Shown: piece by piece, positions 20,237 through 30,439 of the stretch
Position numbering within the stretch: position 1 is the first letter of the stretch
Layout of the letters: each line of letters starts with the position of its first letter
From: an uncultured Actinomycetota bacterium
GTDB taxonomy: Bacteria; Actinomycetota; Actinomycetes; Propionibacteriales; Propionibacteriaceae
Direction: 5' to 3'
DNA: 64,000 bases
NCBI GenBank assembly: GCA_963701355.1
Contig: CAVOZV010000015.1
Location: 138,680 to 202,679 of the forward strand
Notes under the pieces: model-generated
The model's database searches: none
What the model was told of the DNA's origin: nothing
What the model saw: only the letters and a program-made list of their open reading frames with translations
Translations under genes and position numbers: made by a program

Positions 20237-22561
20237 GTGCGGGTGAGCGTCGAGGTCTACGGCATCCGGCACCACGGGCCGGGGTCGGCTCGGTCGCTGC
20301 TGGCCGCCCTCGAGGCGTACGAGCCGGATCAGGTGCTGATCGAGGGGCCGGCAGACGCCGACCCGGTGATCCGCTGGGCAGCGAGCGAGGACACGGTGCC
20401 GCCGGTCGCCCTGCTGGCGTACGCCCCGGATCGGCCGAAGCTGGCCGCGTTCTGGCCGTTCGCCGTCTTCTCACCGGAGTGGCAGGCGCTGAGCTGGGCG
20501 CTGCGGCACGACGTAGCGGTCGGGTTCTGCGACCTGCCGGCGGCGAACGCACTGGTCGCGCGGTTCGCCCGCGAGGAGAGCGCGGAGGAAGAGTCGGCGG
20601 ACGATCCGGAGCAGTCGTCGCCGGATCTGATGGAGGGCGGCGACGACACCGACCCGGTGCGCGACCTGGCCCGGCACGACCCGCTGGCGGCACTGGCACA
20701 CGCCGCCGGCTACGACGACGCCGAGCGCTGGTGGGACGACGTGATCGAGTCCCGGCGCGACGGCGCCGCGTCGACCGGCCGCGGCCCTTTCCGGCGCTGA
20801 CCGAGGCGATGGGCGAGCTACGCCGCCAGCTGCCCGAGACCGACCCGCGCGGAGGCCGGCGTCGAGGCGCGGCGGGAGGCGTACATGCGGCAGCAGATCC
20901 GGGCCGCCCAGAAGCGCGGCTGCGAACGGATCGCGGTGGTGTGCGGAGCCTGGCACGCCCCCGTGCTCGCGGGCCCGCTGCCCCCGGCGACCGCCGATGC
21001 CAAGCTCCTGCGCGGCATGCCGAGACGCAAGGTGACCACCACCTGGGTGCCGTGGACCCACGCCCGGCTGGCGTACGCCAGCGGATACGGTGCCGGGATC
21101 ACCTCGCCCGGCTGGTACCACCACCTCTGGACCGCCCCCGACCGGCCGATCACCCGCTGGCTGACCAGGGTCGCGGGCACGCTGCGGAACCGCGATCTGG
21201 TGGTGTCCAGCGCCCACGTGATCGAGGCGGTCCGGCTGGCCGAGACACTGGCGGTGCTCCGCGGCCGCCCACTGGCCGGGCTGGCCGAGGTGACCGAGGC
21301 GACCCGCGCGGTGCTCTGCGACGGCGACGAGCTGGCGGTCCGGCTGGTCACCGACGAGCTGGTGGTCGGCCAGGCGCTCGGCAGCGTCGACCCCGACGTA
21401 CCGACCGTGCCGTTGGAGGCCGACCTGCAACGCCCGCTGCCGGCGCCTCCGGATCCGCCGGGACACCACGCCGACGCGGCACGACCTGGACCTGCGCAAG
21501 GCGTACGACCAGGAGCGCTCCGTGCTGTTCCATCGGCTCCGGGTGCTCGGCCTGGACTGGATCCAGCCGGCGGAGAGCGAGGTGGCCAACCGAGGCACGT
21601 TCCGCGAGACGCTGGCAGTCGGTCTGGCGGCCGGAGCTGTCGCTGGCGATCGTCGAGGCGGCGGCGTACGGCACCACGGTCGAGACCGCCGCCACCGCCA
21701 GGCTGCACCGAGACGATCGCCGACGGCACGCTGGTCGAGCTGACCGAGGCGTGCGAGCGCTGCCTGCGCGCCGAGCTGCCCGATGCGCTGGCGCTGTTGC
21801 TGGACCGGCTGACCGCGCGGGCCGCGCTCGACGTCGATGTCGTGCACCTGATGGACGCGCTGCCGCCGCTGGCGCGCGCGCAGCGCTACGGCGACGTCCG
21901 CGGCACCGACACCTCGGCACTCAGCGCGGTCAGCCGTACGCTGCTGGTCCGGATCTGCGCCGCGCTGCCGGCCGCGGTGACCGGGCTGGACGACGACAAC
22001 GCCCGGCTGATGCGCCGCCGGCTCGACGCGGTGAACGGCTCGATCGGGCTGATCGAGCCCGAGCCGCCGGCCGCGAGCCGAGCACTCGCTGCCGCGGGCG
22101 ATGGCTCACGATGCTGACCGGGCTGGCCGAGCGACGGGACGTGCACGGGGTGCTGCTCGGCCGGGTGGTCCGGGTGCTGACCGACGCCGAGGTGCTGGCC
22201 GACGCTCCGGACCGGGTGCACCGAGCGCTGTCCTACGGCTCGCCGGCCGCGGACAAGGCCGCCTGGGTCGACGGGTTCTTCTCCGACGGGGCCCTGCTGC
22301 TGATCCACGACACCGAGCTGCTCGGGCTGCTGGACCGCTGGGTGGACGAGCTGGACGAGCAGGAGTTCGTCGACGTCCTGCCCCTGGTCCGCCGCACGTT
22401 CGCGACGTTCAGCGTGCCGGAGCGGCGGATCGATCGCCGAGCGGGTGGACGGGCTGCGCCGGGCGGCTCGACGCCGACAGGTCGAGGAGGAGCTGGATCT
22501 CGAGCTGGCGGGGCCGGCGCTCGCCACCGTTGCGCTGATCCTCGGCGGTGGCGATGAGTGA
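20237..22561 (+). pseudogene. DUF5682-like large protein (YehM-like), about six or more frameshifts as sequenced
   Basis: Segments lie in several frames:
- N-terminus [25 protein letters not shown]... (ORF 20237-20800)
- VVCGAWHAPVL...TTTWVPWTHARLAYASGYGAGITSPGWYHHLW... (ORF 20885-22117)
- LFHRLRVLGLDWIQPAESEVANRGTFRET (ORF 21522-21743)
- ELSLAIVEAAAYGTTVETAA and LLIHDTELLGLLDRWVDELDEQEFVDVLPLVRRTFATFS (pieces of the ORF 20110-22557 frame)
- final ...LDLELAGPALATVALILGGGDE, ending at TGA 22559-22561

One lesion looks like a 4-nt tandem duplication, ATCGATCG, at 22429-22436. Confidence 0.7.
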
Positions 22562-23943
22562 GCGGAGCGCAGCGCTGGCGGCTGCTGCTCGGCGAACCGG
22601 CTGAGGAGCCGCTGGATGCCTCGTTGACCGCCGAGCAGCAGGGGATGGACCGGGCGCTGGCGGCACTCTACGAAGACGAAGATCCGGGCACCGGGCAACC
22701 GGGCCGGCCGGAGAAGCGGTCCGGCAGCCTCGGGGCGTCCGCCCCGCGGGTGGCCCGCTGGCTGGGCGACATCCGGACGTACTTCCCGACCAGCGTCGTC
22801 CAGGTCATGCAGCGCGACGCGGTCGAACGGCTGAACCTCACCGCGATGCTGCTCGAGCCGGAGCTGCTCAGCGCGATCCAGCCCGACGTGCATCTGGTCG
22901 GCACGCTGGTCGGTCTGAACCAGGTGATGCCCGAGACGACGCGTTCGACGGCGCGGGCGGTGGTCCGGACCGTGGTCGAGCAGATCGAGCGCCGGGTCGC
23001 CGAACGCACCCGGTCGGCGGTCAGCGGCGCGCTCAACCGGGCCAGCCGGACCCGGCGGCCGCGACCGTCCGACATCGATCTCGGCGCCACGATCGGACGC
23101 AATCTCGATCACTATCTGCCGGAGTACAAGACCGTCGTGCCGCAGCGCCTGGTCGGCCACGCTCGCAGCTCGCGCGGGCTGGCGGCCGAGGTGATCGTCG
23201 CGATCGACCAGTCCGGGTCGATGGCGGAGTCGATCGTCTACGCGTCCGTGTTCGGCGCCGTCCTCGCGTCGATGCGCAGCGTGAAGACCTCGCTGGTCGC
23301 GTTCGACACCGCGGTGGTCGACCTGTCCGACAAGCTCACCGACCCGGTCGACGTGCTGTTCGGCTGCCAGCTCGGCGGCGGCACCGACATCAACCGGGCG
23401 GTCGGCTACTGCGCCGGACTGGTCAGCCGGCCGACCGAGACGATCTTCGTGCTGATCTCCGACCTGTACGAGGGTGGGGTCGCCGAGGAGCTGCTGCGCC
23501 GGGTCAACGAGCTCGTCCAGTCCGGGGTCCGGGTGATCTCGCTGCTCGCCCTGTCGGACTCCGGCGCACCGGCGTACGACCACGAGCTGGCCGCCGCCCT
23601 GGTCGAGCTCGGCGTGCCGTCCTTCGCCTGCACGCCGGACGCGTTCCCGGAGCTGCTCGCCGTGGCGATCGGCCGCGGCGACGTCGCCCAGTGGGCAGCG
23701 CAGCAGCAGCCGGCTACCGAACCCCGCGGGCCCTGGACTGACCGCTCCGAGCAGGGGTTCGCGTTCGATGACGGGCCGAAGCGGGTAGGAGAGTCACGTC
23801 GTGCTGGCGTTCCTGATCATCGGCGGGATCGGCGTCGTGGTCTGATCCGTGACGTCGGCGACGGCTCGGCGGCGGCTGATCGTCGGCGCATGGTCCGTGC
23901 GTGCCGGCCCGGCGACGGTTCGCGGCGCGCTCGGGCTGAGTGA
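22558..23943 (+). CDS. VWA (von Willebrand A) domain protein with MIDAS motif; 3' boundary uncertain
   Basis: GTG 22558 overlaps the upstream stop (GTGA). MIDAS residues: VIVAIDQSGSM, GGGTDI, FVLISDLYEG. The conserved part ends near ~23710 (GDVAQWAAQQ). Third-position GC collapses after ~23785, where another frame takes over, so the listed stop at 23943 is probably not the native one. Confidence 0.8.
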   Translation: MSGAQRWRLLLGEPAEEPLDASLTAEQQGMDRALAALYEDEDPGTGQPGRPEKRSGSLGASAPRVARWLGDIRTYFPTSVVQVMQRDAVERLNLTAMLLEPELLSAIQPDVHLVGTLVGLNQVMPETTRSTARAVVRTVVEQIERRVAERTRSAVSGALNRASRTRRPRPSDIDLGATIGRNLDHYLPEYKTVVPQRLVGHARSSRGLAAEVIVAIDQSGSMAESIVYASVFGAVLASMRSVKTSLVAFDTAVVDLSDKLTDPVDVLFGCQLGGGTDINRAVGYCAGLVSRPTETIFVLISDLYEGGVAEELLRRVNELVQSGVRVISLLALSDSGAPAYDHELAAALVELGVPSFACTPDAFPELLAVAIGRGDVAQWAAQQQPATEPRGPWTDRSEQGFAFDDGPKRVGESRRAGVPDHRRDRRRGLIRDVGDGSAAADRRRMVRACRPGDGSRRARAE

Positions 23944-24139
23944 CAGCATGGTGCTCGCCACGCTGGTCGGCCTGGCAGCCGGATTCGGCTTCGGCGCGAC
24001 TGATGATCCCTCGCCGCCGCTGATCCCGGCCGCCCAAGCAACTTGCACTCCTCGTCACGGCCTGCACCAGCTACGGGGGTGCAGACCGCGACAGGGGGTG
24101 CAAGTCGCGGGGGCCGGACGGGGGCTGGCCCGGGTGTGA
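23801..24139 (+). CDS. Hypothetical small membrane protein ORF(s), interrupted by an in-frame TGA at 23843-23845
   Basis: RBS AGGAGA at 23787-23792 sits 8 nt before GTG 23801 (VLAFLIIGGIGVVV-stop). The same frame continues as ORF 23849-24139 (…MVLATLVGLAAGFGFGATDD…) with high third-position GC to about 24040. The distal part runs into repeat family 2. Confidence 0.3.
24041..24112. repeat. Family-2 nested stem-loop element, copy A (degenerate)
   Basis: ACTTGCACTCCTCGT...CCTGCACC-agctacg-GGGGTGCAG...ACAGGGGGTGCAAGTCGCGG aligns along its length with copy B at 62703-62776. Confidence 0.75.
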
Positions 24140-24204
24140 GGGCGCTCCGGTGTGAGGCCGCTCTCAGCTGAGCGTGAACGAGACGAAGACCACTATGCGT
24201 ACTG

Positions 24205-25668
<1,464 letters not shown>

Positions 25669-25690
25669 CCGAGCGCGGTCGATCGGACGC

Positions 25691-26073
25691 GGCCCGGCGC
25701 TCGTCGTCGCCAGCGCACTAGCCGTCGCCGTCCATCTGTACGGCCTCTACCGGCAGACCGGCCCGCCGATGTTCGACTGGCTGCCGGACACCGACAAGGC
25801 GGAGCACCTGGTCGGCTTCGGGCTGCCGGTGCTGCTGATCCTGCTCACCCTGGCCCGACTACGGGCGCGCCGGAGCCGGCTGGCAGTGGCTGGTGGTCGG
25901 CGTCTTCGCCGCGCATGCGATCGTCTCGGAGCTGATCCAGCACTGGTTCATCCCGACTCGCAGCGGCGATCCGCGCGATGCGCTGGCCGACTGGGATCGG
26001 CGTTGTTGCTCGGCTGGCTCGGCTACCGCCTGATCGATGGCCCGCCGCCGCCGACGGTAAAGTCCCAGGGTGA
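25691..26073 (+). pseudogene. VanZ-like membrane protein, about three frameshifts as sequenced
   Basis: ALVVASALAVAVHLYGLYRQTGPPMFDWLPDTDKAEHLVGFGLPVLLILL carries the D-K-x-x-H motif. WQWLVVGVFAAHAIVSELIQHWFIPTRSGDPRDALADW is in another frame, followed by GSALLLGWLGYRLIDG. A TGA at 26071-26073 would overlap the next GTG (GTGA). The start was not identified. Confidence 0.5.
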
Positions 26074-26635
26074 CCGATCGGCAGCCGGCCGCCGGCGACC
26101 TGCTGGTGGCGAGCATCCTGCTGGCCGACGGAGTGTTCAACCAGACCGTGGTGCTGATGCTGGACTGCGACGACGACGGCGCGCTCGGGGTCATTCTCAA
26201 CGAGATCTCCCAGACCCAGCTGGAGTCGGTGCTGCCGGACTGGGTGCTCGGCCGTGTCGGAGCCGCGGCTGCTGTTCCACGGTGGCCCGGTGTCGCCGAA
26301 CGGGGCGATCTGCCTGGCCAGTACGGCGGCCCGCGGCGAGGAGCCGCCCGGCTGGCGGCCGCTGTTCGACAACGTCGGCCTGCTGCACCTGGACACCCCG
26401 ATCGAGATCGTCAAGGGCGCGTACGCCGACCTGCGGATCTTCGCCGGCTACGCCGGCTGGGCGCCGGGCCAGCTGCAGTCGGAGATCGACGAGGGCATGT
26501 GGCATGCGGTGAGCGCGACGTACGCGGACGTGTTCGGCACCCAGCCGACCGAGCTGTGGCGGACGCGTGCTGCGCCGGCAGGCCACCGAGCTGGCGATCT
26601 TCTCCACCTGGGTCGAGGACCCCGAGCTGAATTGA
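26070..26635 (+). CDS. YqgE/AlgH-family (UPF0301) protein; frame broken twice as sequenced
   Basis: GDLLVASILLADGVFNQTVVLMLDCDDDGALGVILNE is in ORF 26070-26630. LFHGGPVSPNGAICLA...LRIFAGYAGWAPGQLQSEIDEGMWH is in ORF 26254-26694. The tail ATELAIFSTWVEDPELN ends at TGA 26633-26635. Switches fall near ~26250 and ~26565. Confidence 0.75.
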
Positions 26636-26733
26636 GTTCAGCCCCTCGGCGGGCGAATCCGGCGGGCGCGCGCCGACGCCGCACGTCTGGGTGATCGGCA
26701 GGACCCAGACCAACTGACCGGGGCCGGGCAGGA

Positions 26734-27640
26734 GCTACCAGCGGCCGGCCTTCTTCAGCGCCAGGTAGTGGTCCGCCAGGGCCGGCGCGAACGATTCCGG
26801 CGGCGCCTGGACGACGGAAACGCCCAGCTCGGTGAGCGTACGTTCCACCGCGGCCCGGCGCGCCACGTCCCGTTCAGCGGCGGCCGCGGCATAGACCTCA
26901 TCGGCGTCGGCACCGGCCCGATCGCAGCTCGTCGATGGCCGGGTCGGCGACGCCGGCCAGTACCACCGTGTGCCGGCGGAGCACCGGGCCGAGAACCGGG
27001 ATCAGCCCGTCGGTCACCACAGCGGCATCGAGGCCGGTCAGCAGCACCACCAGACTGCGCTGGCTGACCCGCTGCAGTGACCTCCGACGACCAGCAGGCG
27101 GTAGTCGGTCTCGACCAGCACCGGGTCGATGCCGGCGAGCGCGTCGACGAAGGTCGGCAGCACCTCCGACGCCGAGGTCCGCAGAATCCGGACCCGGACG
27201 TCCCGGTCGATCGCCAGCAGGTCGACCCGGTCGCCGGCCCGGGCCGCGAGCACGGCGAGCAGCAGCGCCGCGTCCATCGCGTGGTCCAGCCGCGGCTGGT
27301 CGACGACGCGCCCGGCCGACGTACGACCGGTGTCCAGCACGATCAGCACGTGCCGGTCCCGCTCGGGCCGCCAGGTGCGGACCACGACGGTGTTGGAGCG
27401 GGCGGTGCCCCGCCAGTCGATGGAGCGCACGTCGTCACCGGGGACGTACTCGCGGAGGCTGTCGAACTCGGTGCCCTGGCCGCGCTGCAGGATGCTGGCC
27501 CGGCCGTCCAGCTCGCGGAGCCGGGCCAGCCGGCTGGGCAGGTGCTTGCGGCTCTCGAAGGGCGGCAGCGTCCGGGCCGCGGCCAGGACGGGCGGGGGCT
27601 GATCGGCGAGCGGATCGGGGGATGGCTCATCGTGGCGTGA
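26734..27640 (-). pseudogene. DUF58-family protein fragment: the N-terminal ~150 aa are missing and two frameshifts are present
   Basis: The minus-strand conserved core starts abruptly at TLPPFESRKHLPSRLARLRELDGRASILQRGQGTEFDSLREYVPGDDVRSIDWRGTARSNTVVVRTWRPERDRHVLIVLDTGRTSAGRV. It continues in other frames (SLVVLLTGLDAAVVTDGLIPVLGPVLRRHTVVLAGVADP... ...ALADHYLALKKAGRW, stop at 26734-26736). Only ~130 nt separate it from mtrA, and no cognate MoxR ATPase is nearby. Confidence 0.7.
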
Positions 27641-27767
27641 CTGTCCCCAGACCGGGTGTCGGTAGACCTCACGCGGGTCGGGCGCGCCACGCACGCAACC
27701 TTTGGTCCCCGGATGTCGTTGTAGGGCTAATAGGATTGTCACAATTCCGTGACAGGGGGAGGTCCAG

Positions 27768-28523
27768 GTGTCGGACGTCGGCGGTGCGGTTGCGGGTGGG
27801 GCAGTGCAGTATGCGGGTTCGGCCGGGCGGCGAGGCAAGGTGCTGGTGGTCGACGACGACGCGGCGCTCGCCGAGATGCTGACCATCGTCCTCGGCAGCG
27901 AGGGTTTCGAGCCGGTCTGGGTGTCGCGTGGCGATGAGGCGCTGAGCGTCTTCCACGAGTCCAAGCCCGATCTGGTGCTGCTCGACCTGATGCTGCCGGG
28001 CCGGGACGGCGTCGAGATCTGCCGCGACATCCGGGCCGAGTCCGTCGTCCCGATCGTCATGCTGACCGCGAGGTCCGACACCATCGACATCGTCGCCGGG
28101 CTGGAGGCGGGCGCCGACGACTACGTGGCCAAGCCGTTCAAGGCCAAGGAACTGATCGCCCGGATCAAGACCCGGCTGCGCCGGCCCCAGGACGAGACCA
28201 CCAGCGAGACGCTGTCGATCGGAGACCTGGCGATCAGCGTCGACGGCCACTCGGTGAAACGGGGCGGGGTGCCGATCCAACTCACTCCGCTGGAATTCGA
28301 TCTGCTGCTCGCGCTGGCCCGCAAGCCCTGGCAGGTGTTCAGTCGTGAGGTGCTGCTGGAGCAGGTGTGGGGCTATCGGCACGCGGCCGACACCCGGCTG
28401 GTGAACGTCCACGTGCAGCGGCTGCGCTCCAAGATCGAGCGCGATCCGGAGCACCCGGAGATCGTGGTCACCGTCCGCGGCATCGGCTACAAGGCGGGCG
28501 AGACCACTCGCCGACCCGGCTGA
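27768..28523 (+). CDS. mtrA: OmpR-family response regulator MtrA
   Basis: KVLVVDDDAALAEMLTIVL...LVLLDLMLPGRDG...YVAKPFKAKELIARI...LTPLEFDLLLALARKPWQVFSREVLLEQVWGY...VNVHVQRLRSKIE. The gene order is mtrA-mtrB-lpqB. Strong SD GGGGGAGG sits 5 nt before GTG 27768. Confidence 0.9.
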   Translation: MSDVGGAVAGGAVQYAGSAGRRGKVLVVDDDAALAEMLTIVLGSEGFEPVWVSRGDEALSVFHESKPDLVLLDLMLPGRDGVEICRDIRAESVVPIVMLTARSDTIDIVAGLEAGADDYVAKPFKAKELIARIKTRLRRPQDETTSETLSIGDLAISVDGHSVKRGGVPIQLTPLEFDLLLALARKPWQVFSREVLLEQVWGYRHAADTRLVNVHVQRLRSKIERDPEHPEIVVTVRGIGYKAGETTRRPG

Positions 28524-28579
28524 CGCGCCCTCGCGCGCGTACGCTGTGGTCCGACCCCGCCCGTCGACCGTGAGTTCCG

Positions 28580-30439
28580 ATGTCCCTGCCTAGCCCGGCC
28601 CGTTCGCCGCTGCTGAGTCGCCAGTGGTGGAAGACGCCGGTCAACCTCTGGGGCCGATCGCTACCGCTCCGGGTGATCGCGTCGGTCTTCGTCGCGTCCG
28701 TGCTCGTCCTCGTGCTGGGTGGCTTCCTGCTCATGCAGCAGGCCACCCAGGGGGTGATGGAGGGCAAGAAGGAGTCGGTCCGCAACGAGTCCCGGCAGGC
28801 GCTGTTCGCCGCGCAGCAGCAGCTGAACGCAGCGGACCCGACGGGCGGCGCGAACGTCGACAAGCTGCTGACCGACCTGGCGTTCGGCTATGCCAACCGG
28901 ACCGGCGGGACCGACCAGTTCGAGGTGATCATCATCGCCGACGGGCAGACGATCACTGCCGGCCGGGCCGATGTGGCGAGCGTGCCGGACGTGCTGCGCC
29001 AGCAGGTGCAGGGCAGTACCGATCTCTACCTGACCCCGACCGAAGTGGTCTACCGGGACGGCTCTGCGTCGGTGCCCGGACTGATCAGCGGCTCGCAGCT
29101 GACCCTGCCCGGCACGGGGACGTACGAGATCTTCTTCGTCTTCCCGCTGAACCAGGAGGTGGACACGCTGCGCTTCCTCCGCTCGGCGGCCGGTACGACC
29201 GGAGCCGTCCTGGTCATCCTGCTTACCTTCATCGCCGCGCTGGTCGCCCGTCAGGTGGTGACCCCCGTCCGGGAGGCGCGGCTGGCCGCGGAGAGCTTGG
29301 CCTCGGGCAATCTGGACGATCGGATGGAGGTCCGCAGCCAGGATGACCTGGGCCGGTTGGCGACCTCGATGAACTACATGGCCGAGGAGCTGCAGAAGCA
29401 GATCACCACGCTGGAGGACCTGTCCCGCGTCCAGCAGACCTTCGTCTCCGACGTCTCCCACGAGCTGCGGACACCGCTGACCACGGTCCGGATGGCCGCC
29501 GAGGTGCTGTATGAGTCGCGCGACGAGTTCGACCCCGTGTCGGCCCGCTCGGCGGAGCTGCTGCAGAACGAGTTGGACCGGTTCGAGGCGCTGCTCGGCG
29601 ACCTGCTGGAGATCTCCCGGTTCGACGCCGGCGCCGCGGTGCTGGCCCCCGCCAAGGTCGATCTGGTGGAGATCGTCCGGCAGGTGGTCGACGACCACGC
29701 CCACTTCGCGGCCCGGGCGCGGAACCGAGGTCGTCATCCACTCGCCGGGTCCGTGCGAGGCGGAGGTGGATGCTCGGCGGATCGAGCGGATCCTGCGCAA
29801 TCTGCTGGTGAACGCGATCGAGCACGGCGAGGCGAAGCCGATCGACATCCTGATCGAGGCCGACGACGACGCGGTCGCGATCGCGGTCCGCGATCACGGG
29901 GTCGGCTTCGAGGCCGGCCAGGCGCGGCAGGTGTTCCACCGGTTCTGGCGGGCCGACCCGGCCCGGGCCCGGACGATGGGCGGCACGGGGCTGGGACTGG
30001 CCATCGCGATGGAGGACGCCAATCTGCACAACGGCTGGCTGACCGCCTGGGGCCGTCCCGGGCTCGGTGCCCAGTTCCGGCTGACCGTGCCTCGCAAGGC
30101 GGGCGGCATCCTCCAGCAGTCGCCGCTACCGCTGGTCCCTCGCGACATCGTCGGGCTGAACGTCCGGCTGGGCGGGACCGAGACGCCGCTGCACGGTCGG
30201 CCCGTCCCCTCGGAGACCCAGGCCGGCCCCTCGGAGACCCAGGTCGGCCCGTCCGAGACCCAGGCCGGCCCGTCCGAGACTCAGCCCGACGAGCTCGATG
30301 TCAGGGCTGACACCCCGACGCAGGCGTCGATCGACCTCGCGGGCGACGTCTCGTCGGACGTTCGCCCAGACGTTCGCCCAGACGTTCGCCCGAGGACGTT
30401 CGCCCAGACGTTCGCACCGACGCGGGAAGCGTGCGATGA
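28580..30439 (+). CDS. mtrB: Sensor histidine kinase MtrB with a repeat-containing C-terminal extension; frame broken twice as sequenced
   Basis: HAMP and H-box FVSDVSHELRTPLTTV are in ORF 28580-30310. The ATPase domain (LRNLLVNAIEHG...DHGVGF...GGTGLGLAIA) is in the frame of ORF 29511-32972, with the switch near ~29715. A second switch sits at a 14-nt irregular unit (30381-30394) of the DVRP repeat. Beyond it the frame ends at TGA 30437-30439, overlapping the lpqB ATG (ATGA). Confidence 0.85.
30207..30290 (+). repeat. 21-nt tandem repeat x4 inside the mtrB 3' region (PSETQ[A/V]G)
   Basis: CCCTCGGAGACCCAGGCCGGC and three near-identical units encode PSETQAG PSETQVG PSETQAG PSETQPD. Confidence 0.9.
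30357..30418 (+). repeat. 12-nt tandem repeat x5 inside the mtrB 3' end (DVRP)
   Basis: GACGTTCGCCCA units start at 30357, 30369, 30381 (14 nt, with extra AG at 30393-30394), 30395 and 30407. Confidence 0.9.

Noticed and set aside
20110-22557. 815-aa plus-strand ORF that looks like one large gene.
   Set aside because: It begins inside repeat element copy a. It is in the true DUF5682 frame only in short stretches and is otherwise Arg/Gly/Pro-rich nonsense. The real gene starts at 20237 and hops between frames.
16295-23943. Interpretation of the AAA+/VWA module as a known anti-phage system (TerY-P type, or a MoxR-VWA ternary conflict system with an effector).
   Set aside because: No kinase/phosphatase pair, protease, TIR, nuclease or other effector domain is recognisable in the five proteins. 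The flanks are housekeeping genes rather than a defence island. The module is kept as function unknown instead.
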